From the NCBI GenBank assembly GCA_051047955.1, contig JBPGPT010000033.1, positions 62,001-126,000 on the forward strand: a stretch of 64,000 nucleotides of DNA. The letters are read 5' to 3'. A program made the translations under genes and the position numbers. This DNA comes from Cystobasidiomycetes sp. EMM_F5. Taxonomy: Eukaryota. The notes below the pieces were generated by a model that did not search any database, was not told the origin of the DNA, and worked only from the letters and a program-made list of their open reading frames with translations. Below are positions 9,614-23,991 of the stretch, one piece after another; the first letter of the stretch is position 1; each line of letters begins with the position of its first letter.

Positions 9614-12356
9614 ATGGTCGACGCTGCGAAAAGCCGCACATCCTCATCCACATCATCACAGTCGACGAACCACGGACACAGCGGTGCTATGGGCATCGCG
9701 CCGGAAGCCATGTCCGCGGGAGAGGAGCTGAGGGATTTGCAGGGACTATCGCTCAACAGCTCGCCGGTCAAGGCATCTCCGAGCAACCAGACGCGCGCAT
9801 CGTCGTCGGATCCTGCTGAAAGTGTGCCAGGAATGCCCATGTTTGTCGAATCTGGCGATATGGACGATGTGGATGACGACGACGATGAGGACGGTGGACG
9901 GAAAGGCAAGAAAGGCCAGCCCAACCCTGGACGTCGGAAGATTGAGATTGAGTATATCGAGGATAAGGCAGGTCGTCAGATGCTTGCTCATTGTCGTCTT
10001 GTAAGCGCGACTGACCTGTACGCCACTAGAGTAAAAGACACATCACTTTCAGTAAACGGAAAGCGGGCATCATGAAGAAGGTGCGTCAGCGACTAATGTG
10101 CTAGAAACGGTCCATTCATTATTCTCCTTTACAGGCTTACGAGCTCTCAACCTTGACCGGCACTCAAGTATTGCTCCTGGTCGTATCTGAAACCGGACTT
10201 GTCTACACGTATACCACTACTAAGCTGCAAGCACTAGTTACTGCAAAGGAGGGCAAAGCCCTGATTCAGGTGAGCTGCGAAGAATGTAGAAGCTGGATCA
10301 TACCTTATACTCCATCGCGACAGGCTTGTCTGACAGCCGAAGAAGGGGAGCCACCTTTTGGCAACAAGGCTGACATGCAGCCTGCGCCGACTACGAGAAT
10401 GCGCTCCGATCATCGTAAGGTCAGCATGCAAGTCCGCATGAATGGCAGCAATCATAATCATCACCACGCCGCGAATGGGCACGACCCTGCCATTGGCAAT
10501 CAGTATGCACAAGCGGGCCCGCCTATGAGTCAACCACAACCGTCACCCGGAATACCTCCTGTCAGTATGCAACAGCAGCAAGCTCAATACATGCAACCAT
10601 TGGCACCACAATACGTCTATCCGCAACAAACGATCTCTGGAGCTGCCCTCATGCCTCCATCAGCTCCCATGCAGTATCCGCAGGCTCCGTCCAACCTACC
10701 AATGCCAATGGCAATGACTAGTATTCCGCCGATGCCGATGCCAACCTCGACACCTTTACCTGACACCACGAGCACGAGCCGTACACTGAAGAAGCGTAAG
10801 ACGACCGATAATCTTCGCACAAGCAAGGAGTCACTCGAACAAGCAGAGGCAAAGCGAGCGGAGGCTCTTCAACTGGCGCAAGACTGTCTGGAACAGGCCC
10901 GACAGGTAGGCCGCCCTCAACTTTTCGCGAGTGTAAGTCACTGACGCCGATAAATAGCATGCAACAATTGGCAATCTTCTCAGAGCCTTCCAACAACAAG
11001 ACGTGGCTGCAAGGAGTAAACAGTCGAAAGCGCAGTCTGATGGCGGTATAGCAGAGGGCCTGGACAGTACTATTCAGCTGTTCCAAATGAGCTGCGAAGA
11101 TACCGCTCGGGGCGTCGAGATGGAACAGGCGCGGCTTAGAGGACAGAGATGGATTGACAATGTCGGAGTGGCTCATCTACCGGATGCGATAGACGAATTT
11201 ATTCACGACTTCTTAGGTGAGAAGGCTGGGAGGCTATGCTCCATCTAACGAGAGCTAAATCCTGCGCCGATACTCTGACAGTCAACAAATGCATCAAATC
11301 GCCAAAGGACGTGAAATTAGCAGCAAAAGATCTACAGAACTTTTCGGACTGGCTTTTTGCCCATTCTTTTGCAGGGCCTGACCTCCATCAGCAACTGGTC
11401 GGCCGATGCAATAGCTCTACGAAGTCTGTTATGAAGAAAGCATCGGAGGGCATGCTTCAGCCAGGTGGTATGACGTCCATGTCTCTTCCACCGATGCCGT
11501 TGGCATCAAACGGACTTGTACAGCCAGCGGCCAACCCAGCACTCCGCGCCGAAGTGGCAGGGAAAACGCTCAGTAAGCGACTGATCGTGCTCAAGCGGCC
11601 TTATATAGCTGACGATATTACTGCAGTCGATTACTGCGAGTTTGCTCGGAAGCACTACGAAGGGGTCGGTCAAGAACAAGGTGTCACTGCAGTGAACGGA
11701 TACTTCATTGTTGATCGCGTCAGATCCTCATATGTCATTCTGAGAGGCATTCCGATAGGTGCGTACCGCCGTCGTGAGACGAGGGCTAGGTGCTAAATGC
11801 TATTGGGGTGGCCATCGTAGAGGGTGACCCGCATTCGAACTCTGAGCCTGGACCGTTCAAAGTTAGAATGCCAGCGATTCTTACCTGCAACCTTAGGCCT
11901 CGAGATCAGTTCTTACTCTCCTTGAATCGATACGCGCACATCAATTACTGGTTTCCCACGGCTTGCGGGTGAGTTTAGGCATGGCACTCATGGTCATCCC
12001 ATTTGCTGACATTCTCCACGGTAAGCGATGTGCATCCAACAACGGACGACGATATGGCGGAAGATCCGCTGAACTCTCAATATCACCATATGGAATTGGA
12101 CAAGGCCCAACGGGCGAATGATCAGATGGCCTTCAACTATCACGTTGGCGAATTCCAATTCTGTAGCAAAGCGACACAGCTCATGGATGAAGGGGAATTG
12201 CCCGAAGACGGCTTTGGAGGTGTCAGTGTGCAACAAGTGATGCATCCTCGACCCAGTCAGCCAGACCTGCACGATGCCGCTTCTCGGCCAGTGCGGCGGC
12301 AGCCGTCTCGAGCTGCAAATGGGGGACAAGGGTGGGGAGGGCCGCAGCAATTCTAG
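9614..12356 (+). CDS. MCM1: SRF/Mcm1-type MADS-box transcription factor with an unusual folded C-terminal domain
   Basis: Spliced MADS box GRRKIEIEYIEDKSKRHITFSKRKAGIMKKAYELSTLTGTQVLLLVVSETGLVYTYTT, then a Q/P-rich linker and further in-frame exons to the stop at 12356. Confidence 0.9.
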
Positions 12357-12611
12357 AATGCGAATGAGGATGTTATGAGCCATTCTTCGCATCATAAGTT
12401 AGCACTTCAGCAACAGCATGTTCATTGTTGTTCTATAGTCTCCACGCATTTCGCAGAACCGGACTTCTATCCACTCAGTTTGTTACGCATCACTGTCGCT
12501 TGAATTTGTCCACCGTCCCTCTGGTTCCGAGACTAGTATAACCCACTGCGACTCGTACTTGACCGAGTTAACTATGACCAGTTGCTGATCCTGCCAGGCT
12601 GGATCTTGCCT

Positions 12612-14532
12612 ATGCATCCACGGAATCCATATCTCCAGAACCCGCCCGACTTCGTCAAACTTGCAGCAGATGTCCCGGCGTTTAAGCCCTTGTGAGTGTA
12701 TAAACTCATCTGTGCTGGTCCCAGGGCACTTAGACTAGAACGGACAGTCTCGCGTGCGACCGAAGAGGTCAAGCGACCATCGATTTTCAAAATACGGATG
12801 CATTGCGGTAAACGCGCTTACATTTACACCCTTTCGGTCTGACTAGTGCATCATTTCGTATAGAGCGTTGACGAGCGCGCTACTTGAAAGGGACTTTAAG
12901 CTGCATGTACACTTGCCGACCGACAGGCTATGCCCCGCCGTGCGTGTCTAATCATATATTAACATCGTACAAGCTGATCGGAGCATATCGTGTAGATTCC
13001 TGGGAGGTCAGTGATCCAAACTACAGCGATGCCGTGGCTCATGCATTGGATTCCCAGACTGGATTACATACTCTGGGTGCAAGATCTTGTGAAAGAAGAC
13101 AGGGCTGTTCGGCAGGTACTCGGCCATGCGCAAAATACCGCAGTGACGGGACTCGATATGTATGTCGCTCTTGGATGTATGCAGAATGCAGCTGAGTATG
13201 TATGTCTTCCAGCGGCACGGGCGCTTCAGCGATATACCCTTTATTGTTCTCACAAATTGACGATAGTATCCGGATGATCTGTTCTGGTAAATGCCAACGC
13301 CATCTATATGTCGTTGTGCTGATTTTTTCTTCGGTAGATATCGACGAAGCTTCATTGGCTGCGGCGAAAGGAAATATCCGTCAAAATCAGCTTGAAAGCC
13401 GTATCCAAATAATGGCACAGGTCCCGGAGGCGCCCTTGTTCACAAAAGCGACAAACCTCATGTCTAGGTCAGTGCGAGGCTGCTATAGCTTCGCCACTCC
13501 TCCTGATTCCGTTCCACAGTCTCGACTTCACAATGTGTAATCCTCCGTTCTACGCTTCGAAGGATGAGATTGAAAGACTCGCATCGGAAAAAGAATTTTC
13601 GCCGCATGCCGTAAGCTCCCAGCTGTCGTCTTCTCAAATACCAGATAAATCTGAAGGCCAGTGTAGGTTTGTACTGGTGCAGCGACAGAAATGGTGACAG
13701 AAGGCGGAGAAGTCGCATTTGTTACGCGCATGGTCCGCGAAAGCGTTGAAGTCGGAAACAAGGTTCGGTGTGTTATCTGCAGACTATATACTCCCGATCG
13801 CCAGCCGCTCAGACGTACATCAGATGGTTTTCTAGCCTCCTCGGAAAAGCTTCTTCAGTGAAAGAGGTGATATCGCATCTCAAGGCCCTCAATGTACGCT
13901 CCTCCCTGTCGTCCAGGGTGTACTATAGCTAAAGGCATGTATGCAGTGCGAAAATTACGCAGTGACCGAATTCGTACAAGGCTATACGCAACGATGGGCG
14001 GTCGCATGGTCATGGGCAGACATCCGATTGTGTGATGTGAGCGTGACCCGCTGCTCCTGGCCGTGGTCGTGCTGAGACTCGCCGTGCCCAGGCCATCGCA
14101 CGATTACTACCATCTGGACCACTGAGCAGGTCGCTCCCGGAACCGAACGAGCTTACGTACGTCTGCGCGTCACGGATTTCGAGAGAACAAGCACGATCAC
14201 AGCTATTCACCATTCTCCAAGACGCTGGCGTGACCGTTGATCGTGGAAGACAGTCAGGCGAGTATGTTGTCAAGGCATCGCATCAGACTTGGACAAGAGC
14301 TGCGCGACGAGGAAGGAAAGGTAATGCAGTAGAAGGTGTGACGACGGATATGCCAATTCTATCTTGCAGGGTCGCAATCATGTCTGTCGACTCTGAAAAT
14401 GAGGACTTTGCGGGGAAACTGGCTCAGATACAATGTGATTGGCTACAAGGCAAAGATCGTCAAAGTTTTCAGTCATTGTTCAGCTTCATTGTCCGAAAGA
14501 TGTCTGCCCATAGTCCAGATGGCAGCGCCTAA
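12612..14532 (+). CDS. METTL16: METTL16/RlmF-family m6A RNA methyltransferase (U6 snRNA methyltransferase-like)
   Basis: MHPRNPY, LCPAIPGRLDYILW, GLDIGTGASAIYPLL, DFTMCNPPFY, EMVTEGGEVAFV, QGYTQRWAVAWSW over about 11 introns, including an 11-nt exon at 12996-13006. Confidence 0.92.
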
Positions 14533-14639
14533 CATAGCTCATTTCTCCTGCAATTTTTCCTAGGTGCATGCGACAAGCCAAGACTGACAATACAAAATCA
14601 AGCAGACAGACGTGCAGATCTAGCCGGATGATGTCGTAA

Positions 14640-16091
14640 TCAGCCAGCTAGTAATTCGTAGGTATTGAAGGCTACTGCAACTGCGGATACCAAAAGCTGG
14701 AAGTTGCCAAAGCGATTGATAATGCTAGCGTGATGATATTCAGTACACGACCGAATGCGTTGGGCACTTTGAACTGACTCTGACGGAAAGCTGAGGAGTG
14801 GACTGCTCGCGACCTCGTTCAGATAGAAATTGACTGCCAGACGAACAATGGAAAACGACAGAGCCGATGGACGGTGCAATCCCAAAAGATATCGGTCCTT
14901 CGATGATCTATGATGTTTGCTCTGCTCTGGTCTTGGCTGCGAATCATGCCGTAACGTCAATCCGAGACCGACTGCTAGACGAAACTTCCTTACGAATACT
15001 ACCAAGTGCGCTGCGCAAAGCGGCACAACTATGCTGCTGAATATCCACAAAGCAATCGGTTCTATGGTATCGAATTGCCTCAGGACCAAGAGGTCAGGCA
15101 GAGTCTGCAAAGATAATTAGAGCGTAAAGGCAGCGTGATGGACACCACTCACTAAGGTGAAGGCAGAGTCGGCAGTCCAGGGCATGCTCCACCACTCAAA
15201 AGGCCCGAAGGACACCTGCTTGTGCGAATAAGCCGATATATAAACCCAGCCATGAAATGGCATGCCTGTTTGGCCAAGGGAATGCTGGCGGCAACAACAA
15301 ACAGCAATTCCAGCACCAAGGTCAATATGACGAGAGACCAGCCGTTAGATAGCGTCTGCAAAGGATAATCGTAAGCGATGATTGGCGTCTGCACGAACAT
15401 ACATACGGATTGAGCTTTGCGCGCCGTTTGCCCAAGCTGACGCTCAGCGCGGTGTGCCCATATGGCGACCGTTTTGGACACATGCCTAGCCTCCACTCGC
15501 CTCGCTATGGCTAATTGCCGGTCCGTAACGTTTGCAAGCTGCGAACTGGCTTCATAGGCGTCATTGACGACTTTCGAAACAGCTTCCTGCAGTCTGTCTT
15601 GCAGCTGTTTCACTGGAGATGCATCTGTTCCATTGCGGGAACGGCTTATCTTGCGTTCCTTAGGTTCCGGTGATTTAGGCGGGCTGCCCTCGTGGCCCAT
15701 CCTGTTACAAGGTAAACAGGCGATCTGCAGTATCGCAGGGAGAAGAACGAAGTGCGTACGATTTCCTCTGGCGTATGATGACGCCGCTCAAGCCTGCAAA
15801 GCGCTCGTCGTGATATAGCTCCGAATCATCTTGCAGGGTCCGCCTAACGAGCTCTAATAGTTCGGCCTGGCAAACAAATGACGACACGGAGTCGTCAGTG
15901 CGCAGTGTTCACCGTTACGACTATGGGCAACCGACTCTGGTAGCGTCTTCATACGGGATCACGGCTTCTTTCGCAATAGCCTGCAAGTCGGCCTTCTATT
16001 GCATGATAGGGACCTCAGCATGATTCCGTGCTCAAAGGAACGGTCAGCATCGCACGGTCAGCTGTGGCAGGTATCCAGTAAATTTGACCAT
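14640..16091 (-). CDS. Conserved fungal membrane protein with an N-terminal SAP/HEH-like helical motif (Gtt3-like, likely nuclear envelope/ER)
   Basis: Spliced N-terminus MVKFTGYLPQLTKADLQAIAKE...RAELLELVRRTLQDDSELYHDERFAGL, a disordered linker, then about 4 hydrophobic segments. Confidence 0.65.
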
Positions 16092-16332
16092 GGTTGCGGA
16101 GCCAATTGAACGTAAATCAAGCTTGTTTACGTGTTTGGTCAACAAGGGGGCAACTTAGCAGAGGGGCAAACACGAGACAGGAACTTGGAAGTACGAAAGC
16201 ACCAGATTAAAACACGGTGTCTTTGCTTTATATTACGTTGTCAGAAAGTCTACAACGACTCGAAGCAGCCTCCTCTAAGCGCTTGTGCGCGTAATTTCCC
16301 GACTGAGAGGCAATAACGTATTGCAATCAAGC

Positions 16333-18022
<1,690 letters not shown>

Positions 18023-18890
18023 GTTGAGTGTGTATGTGTAGTGCTGACTGTATGCGTTGCTTTCTAACAAAACCGACGAGTTGTCTACTGACCGAGGTGC
18101 ATCACGGATCAACTTTGGTGAGGACTCGGAAGGTATCGGACTCAGACCGCTCAGCAAAACGAACGACAGCGGGATGTACTTATCTCGTATGAGCTGACTG
18201 TACTGATGGACAAGCAGTACAGCAATCTCCTGGCTCGCAGCTCAGAGGAGTTTTGGATTTGTGAGTTACAGCCCCGCTTTCCTGAATCCTCAGACAACAT
18301 GGGCTGAACAGCGAATTTGCAATACACCGCAGCCACTCTTCGGTGTGCGGACTAACATTCGGCAGATCCCGTTGTCCTAGGTGCGCTCCCCCCTCGAAGG
18401 AGAACACCACATCGTCAGCCAGGCTGGGCGCTCCCCTCGTAACCAAAGTGCGTCATAGGACACTCCGTACGCTTCGAGCTCATCCCTGCACTCGCAGCTA
18501 AGCCTTCCGTGTTACAATGCATCTACATCCACATTTCTGCCCCACTTCTTTAAACACAAGAAACCGGGATATATGTGGAAGTCGTAACAATACCGCATGC
18601 TGCCCGCAAAATAACAGTCGGAGGTACGTCGCTCGTGGCTGTATATCATGGCGGGCGCTGTTTCGTGCCTATCATGCGGGGCTATTCCCCTTCTGTGGAG
18701 CCTCAGGGCCAGGTTTCTTCCGTAATTGCTTCGCTGAGCATAATGCGTTATCCTGTCGCGATATCATTGACAGACTTGTACGTTGTCTAGCTGCCAATTA
18801 ACTTAATTGTCTCCCGATGTGATCATGACTTACATGACTTTCATTCGGCATGACGATGTATTCGAGCGTTGTATTTTGCCAACTGCGATA

Positions 18891-19836
18891 ATGTCCGGTT
18901 TCTTTGAGCATGTTGACTTTGGACGCAGCAGTCTGTGGATTGCTATAGCGAGCATCCTCTTCAACCCAATATACTGGAACATACTTGCGCAGTCTGGTAT
19001 GTTTGCAACGTGAACACAACGCGTGCCGAGTGCGAAAATGACGGGAAGTCTCGCAGAATACAAGCGCAAGACACTGACAAAGCTCGCGAATGGTAACCCT
19101 AGGATGGGGTGCTATGCTCTGGCCGTGTCCATCTTTCTGCTCGGAATCTTGCGTGACCATCTGTACGCCAATAAACATGGGTGTGAAGTTCGTAACAGCA
19201 GCTGATGAACCACATTATCGTGATGCAAAGCTACAATGCAGCACTTGCGGAGCAGCCGAAATGGCACGTCCTACATTATGGCGAATTCAAGCTATTGGCA
19301 GCCATTCTTTTCGTAGCGGGCTCTACGCTCGTTGTGACATCCATGTGGAAGCTTGGCGTGACTGGAACGTATCTGGGTGAGTACAAAAGTTCCCAATTGC
19401 AAAATACTGTACTGATACTGCCTCCCATTGATCTAGGGGATTACTTTGGCATACTGATGAATGCGAGCCTCACGCGACAACACTCTTCGGCGAGCCTTTA
19501 GCTGAAACTTTCCATAGGAACGGGTGGTCTCCTTCCCCTTCAACGTATGCAATAATCCCATGTACGACGGCTCGACGATGTGCTTTCTGGCGACCGCCTT
19601 ATACAAGGAGAGTCCCACGGGCTTGCTACTTTCGATACTAGTCTTTGCCGAATATCGCATAGCATTGCTGTTTGAAGAGCCATTCACTGCTAAGATAGTA
19701 CGAGAAGGAGTATACATACGGCAGACAGGTCAGGCTGACCATTTCATCTCTTCAACAGTATGCTGCTCGCGATCGCTTGCAAGCGCAAAGCGATGTCGCA
19801 AAACAGAGCTCAAGCAATAACAAAAAGTCTCGATGA
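18891..19836 (+). CDS. OPI3: Phospholipid N-methyltransferase (PEMT/Opi3)
   Basis: FNPIYWNI, GCYALAVSIF, LGVTGTYLGDYFGILM, FPFNVCNNPMYDGST, EEPFTAKIY. C-terminal KKSR* is a KKXX ER-retrieval motif. Confidence 0.96.
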
Positions 19837-20092
19837 TGCAGAATCTCTACATGTTGCACGAGGATTGGGACCGCGTCAAGTCGTTAGAATAGGTAGAGAA
19901 ATCTAGACAACCTTTTGCTGATAGTACGTGCGATCTCACCTGCGGCGCTACGATAAGTGTAACTAGGGTCGATCTACGGGAATCTCGTAATCATCGCACA
20001 GCTCGAAAGTGGAAATATCTGACGTTTTCCGGCGCATCTGCTTTTCGCATCCCCGCCAGAATACATGCAATGGTTGCGTTCCCTTTTCAGGA

Positions 20093-23000
20093 CTAGAGCT
20101 CTTCATCTGACATGGTTATGTATTCACGTGTGTGTGTACCACGCTGAACACCAATGAAGGCCTCCGGGTCGGTACGCTTGAGAGGACGTGTATTCCCTGT
20201 TATGGAGATAGCTTCCGCTTGATGCACGGTGCTTTCTCCTTTCCCCTGTTCTTGATCAGATCCTGTGTCCTGATTCTGATCTTCGTCCTCACTGTCCTCA
20301 CTGCTGTCACTTCTGGTATCGTTGTCCGACTCATCACCAGAATTTTCCGCGTCAGATTCAACAGCGCCGACTTCTTCCGTTTCGGCATGTTCGTCTTCCC
20401 CATGAGAATCAGTTGGACTCCCTGCCATGACGCTCTGCCAGAGCCTCTGCTCGTAAGCAATGTCGGCTAGCTGATCTTGCTCGTCAGTGCGTGCTTCCTC
20501 GGCCAAAACGTGGGCGAGATCATCGTCGCTGTTGTCGTCCTCGTTGTCACTGTCGCCGTCGCCCTCAGAACTGTGCAGCACCTCATTGTCGATTGCAGGT
20601 ATGTCACGAATCCTTCCGTTCTCATCCGAGACTTGATAGTAACTCTCGACAACTGTATCACAGTCGGCCATATTCTTGTCGCTAGAAGCAGAGTATTCAG
20701 ACGGTAGAAAGAGACTGCCTCTGGTGAAACAATGCGATACAGAAGCAGGAGCACTTAATCCACTCGGAGCACCAACGTGATTAGGCTCATGATCCGGTAA
20801 TCTGAGTACTCGACGAAGACGCTGAAAGTACGTAGATATGTAGCTCTTGGATTGCATTAGCGATCTGCTCCGGGAGTGACCACCTTGTGCTGCAGCGAGC
20901 AGAACATGCGACTTTGAAAGTCGTGGCTGTAATATGGTTTTAGCGGAAGCGATGCGTCCATCTTTTTGACACGGCCCCTCACCGAGTCCAATGCGATAGC
21001 GACGTTGGAAGACGTGACCACTAATTTCCGTATTTGTCGAAGCAAGACGGCGTGTAATGCCTGAATTGCTTGCACAGATACTGCGGCTTCCGTTTCCTCT
21101 GTGTCATAACGGTACAAGCTTTCGCGATCGTCAGTACGGTAAGGTAGTAGTATGACGGAAGAGCGTACTCCAGCAACACGCTTAGTTTCTCCAAGTTAAA
21201 AAGTCGGCCAGCTTCACCGAAAGAGGCTCGCGACACTGAAACTGCTTTGACCTGTCTAGATGCCTGTTGCAGTTCCTCGCGAATGCCATCGCTGGCTGGC
21301 CAGCCCTTCCAAACTTTTTCCTCGCAGATCGACAAAGGAATGTTTGTCCACGCCTGGGCTGCCCTCAGTCGCAGCTTCCGCTTCTTGTTTTCCCGATTTG
21401 CGACATTGTCTTCCCGGGTACTTGCAAGGCGAACAATATCCTGGATATCAAAGGACTGCAACCCGTTTGTTGCAGCAGCTTGCGCGATGTCATTGTAGAT
21501 TGCCTCTTTGCGGTACCAAGGGATATCATCCAAGCCTGCCTCGTCAAGAAGATAGGCAACCCTTCTTCGAACAGCCTCGCCTTCACCTCGTTCGCAAGCA
21601 TCCCATAGTTCCGCCACAGGTTCAGCCTGCTGTTGACGGCCCATGTTGACGGCAAGCAACTGCTTCCAGTTGACACTTGACAGAAACTCCGCCTGTACTG
21701 CCCTGCAGTGAATTGTAAGAATGGAGACCTGCGAAGTGTCAGGCACCTCTACCTTTTTAGCTTGCGCTTTGAGAGCGTGCGAGCAGGCCTCTTGTTTTGC
21801 GGAATCATTGATGCAGAACTGACGCTGCGTGTCAATCCGCTATTCCCTACGCAGCTATGTTCAAAGCTTACTGTGTTCCTCCTGTAGACATCACGGGTGC
21901 AGTGATATCAGCGCCGACTTTGATGTCAAGCTGAGTATTCCCCGGAGTTCGTTCTATGGCTTCTTCTTTGTTTGAGCTCGTGGCATGCATGCGGTACATG
22001 ATAGCCAGTGCCGAACTCTGCACCCGGTCCCGTGAAGCGCTTGGTGTGCGAGCAGCCTGGTCACACAAAGCTTCCCATATGATCATGTCTTCGGCAAGCT
22101 GCTCTTCTCCAGCACTCCAGCCCGCACTCATTTCGTGTGCTACTGGCATTGCAGATGGGGCCAACGGTACGGCGCTTTCGGCGGCTTCCGCAAGATGTTC
22201 CAGATAAGTTTGAACTTGTGCCACGGTCTTGGTACCGACATCGTGGGCAACCAGGTCGGTCCGCCAGCGTGAGTGGCGCGACAGTGCATTGAAAAAGCGA
22301 TGCAGCTCATCCTCGGACCAAACATCAAGGAATAAACTGTGTGAAGCATCTTCTTCGACGTCTGATTCGTCTGTATGTACCTTCTCGTCCAACCCTACCG
22401 TTCCTTCTATTCCCGATGCATCTGCAGCAGCAATGTCCTCAAACATTGTTCTGGAGCCAGTAAATCGCGACTCCGTAGCAAAAATTGCATCATCGAGCAG
22501 ACTTCTGTATGCGGCTGCGCGTTTCGGGTGTCTGAGCATGCATAACGGATTGCGGCGATGATGTCGAGACAATTCCAGATTGGAGGGAAACATAGTGAAA
22601 CAGTAGCGGCATAGGGCAGATGAGTGAATGAAGTTCGGTGGAGCAGGCAGCAGCAGAGGCGTGGTGTCAGGCAGCTCGGGCAGCTCGACGTCCAGCAATG
22701 CATGCAGAGGTTCATCAAGCCCTAACTGTTGTAACGCAGATCTGACGAATCGTAGCGGAATAAGCTTTGGCGCAGCTGGACAGAGCCCGTAAGCGCCGCA
22801 TGAAGAACGTGTGGATGTACCCACACTTTCCGGTAAGCTCGAGCTGCACGTCCTCTTCTTCAGCCAAGTCTAAAAGCTGCCTTACAGCACTCGCTTCGGT
22901 TGATTCGCCAAGGAGTATCCGTGTCAATCGTACCAACTGTGTACAGGCATTCAATAGCCTGAATGATGTTGCTGATGGATAAACTGACCGGTTTGACTTG

Positions 23001-23961
23001 GAAATTGGAATCGCTTCGTCGCCTGTAGAGGACAAAAGGCCCACACTTCGCAATGTACCACACTGAGCCGTCTTTGAACCTATGTTCATACACTGCTGAA
23101 ACGTCAAATTCCAAGTTTGGCATGGCAGTGACGGGCACTGGCGTCGTCAAAGAGGGGACAGGGTGGACCACGGAATCTGATCTTTCGCTTCCTGCGGTTA
23201 CCACTTCCTCGAGTTCGCCATGAGAAAGAGATGGTGGCTGCGGGGTTTCAGTCGAGACTGTCGCGATACCTGCCTTTGATTCAGCTTGCTCGGTCCAATC
23301 ACCGGGTGCATGCTGGACATCGATTGAGCAAGCGAATGAACTCTCCTGCAATCCGTTTCGACGCATAGAAAAACAGCTCTCTTTTGACATCATCTGTCTG
23401 AAGCTCTTCTGCAGGGCATACATTCAATACGAGACGGATAGACTGATATAGGCCGACACAGCACGTACCTCCCATCGAAGCTTTTTGCCTGGCTGCAGAG
23501 AACTACAGAGTACTATCGTCAGATTTAGATACCTGCACATCACGCACAGTGACGTACGGAAAAACCTTGGAGACATCGGTTGCCAGTTTGCTCCAATCTA
23601 CGTAGACATCGGAGCCATAGTTTTCCAGCAACACAGAACGAGCAATGTCGCGGTATTTGACCTGAAATCGAAGCTATCAGCTTGTTTGCGTACAAGATTT
23701 TTGCGTACTTACGGTGGGGTGACCTTCGTCATCGACGTGCAATGATAATTCGGCCAGCGGTATATGCGAACGGGTAGGATCTGACGGATATCATAACTTA
23801 AGCTATACATTAGTGATGCCGCAACCGGTGTATTTGCCTGTACTGGTTTCGCGCGAATGTTTGACGAGTCTGGCTTTTTTGACGGGCTTGCTAGCTGCTG
23901 ACTCTGCATTATCCAATGGCCGACAGGTCTCCGCGCCGTCTGAGCGCCGTCTTTTGGCCAT
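20093..23961 (-). CDS. Multi-domain nuclear protein: divergent forkhead + KilA-N/APSES-like + C2H2 finger + SANT/Myb + Rrn5-like histone-fold region + acidic tail
   Basis: About ten GT-AG introns join all ORF fragments in frame from MAKRRRSDG (ATG 23961). SANT WSEDELHRFFNALSRHSRWRTDLVAHDVGTKTVAQVQTYL resembles Rrn5 (Pol I UAF subunit). Confidence 0.7.
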
Positions 23962-23991
23962 AATGTGCACCTTTCATCAGCAGTTTAGGCA

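Noticed and set aside
9055..9924. 289-aa antisense ORF and other long antisense ORFs in the track
   Set aside because: They are shadows of real genes on the opposite strand in moderately GC-rich coding DNA, with no motifs.
12612..14532. METTL16 homolog as a PsiM-like secondary-metabolite methyltransferase
   Set aside because: Flanked by housekeeping genes, with no psilocybin-type cluster enzymes. Sequence and C-terminal extension fit an ordinary METTL16.
20093..20107. C-terminal DEEL of the Rrn5-like protein as an ER-retention signal
   Set aside because: The protein has no signal peptide and has nuclear domains. It is part of the acidic tail.
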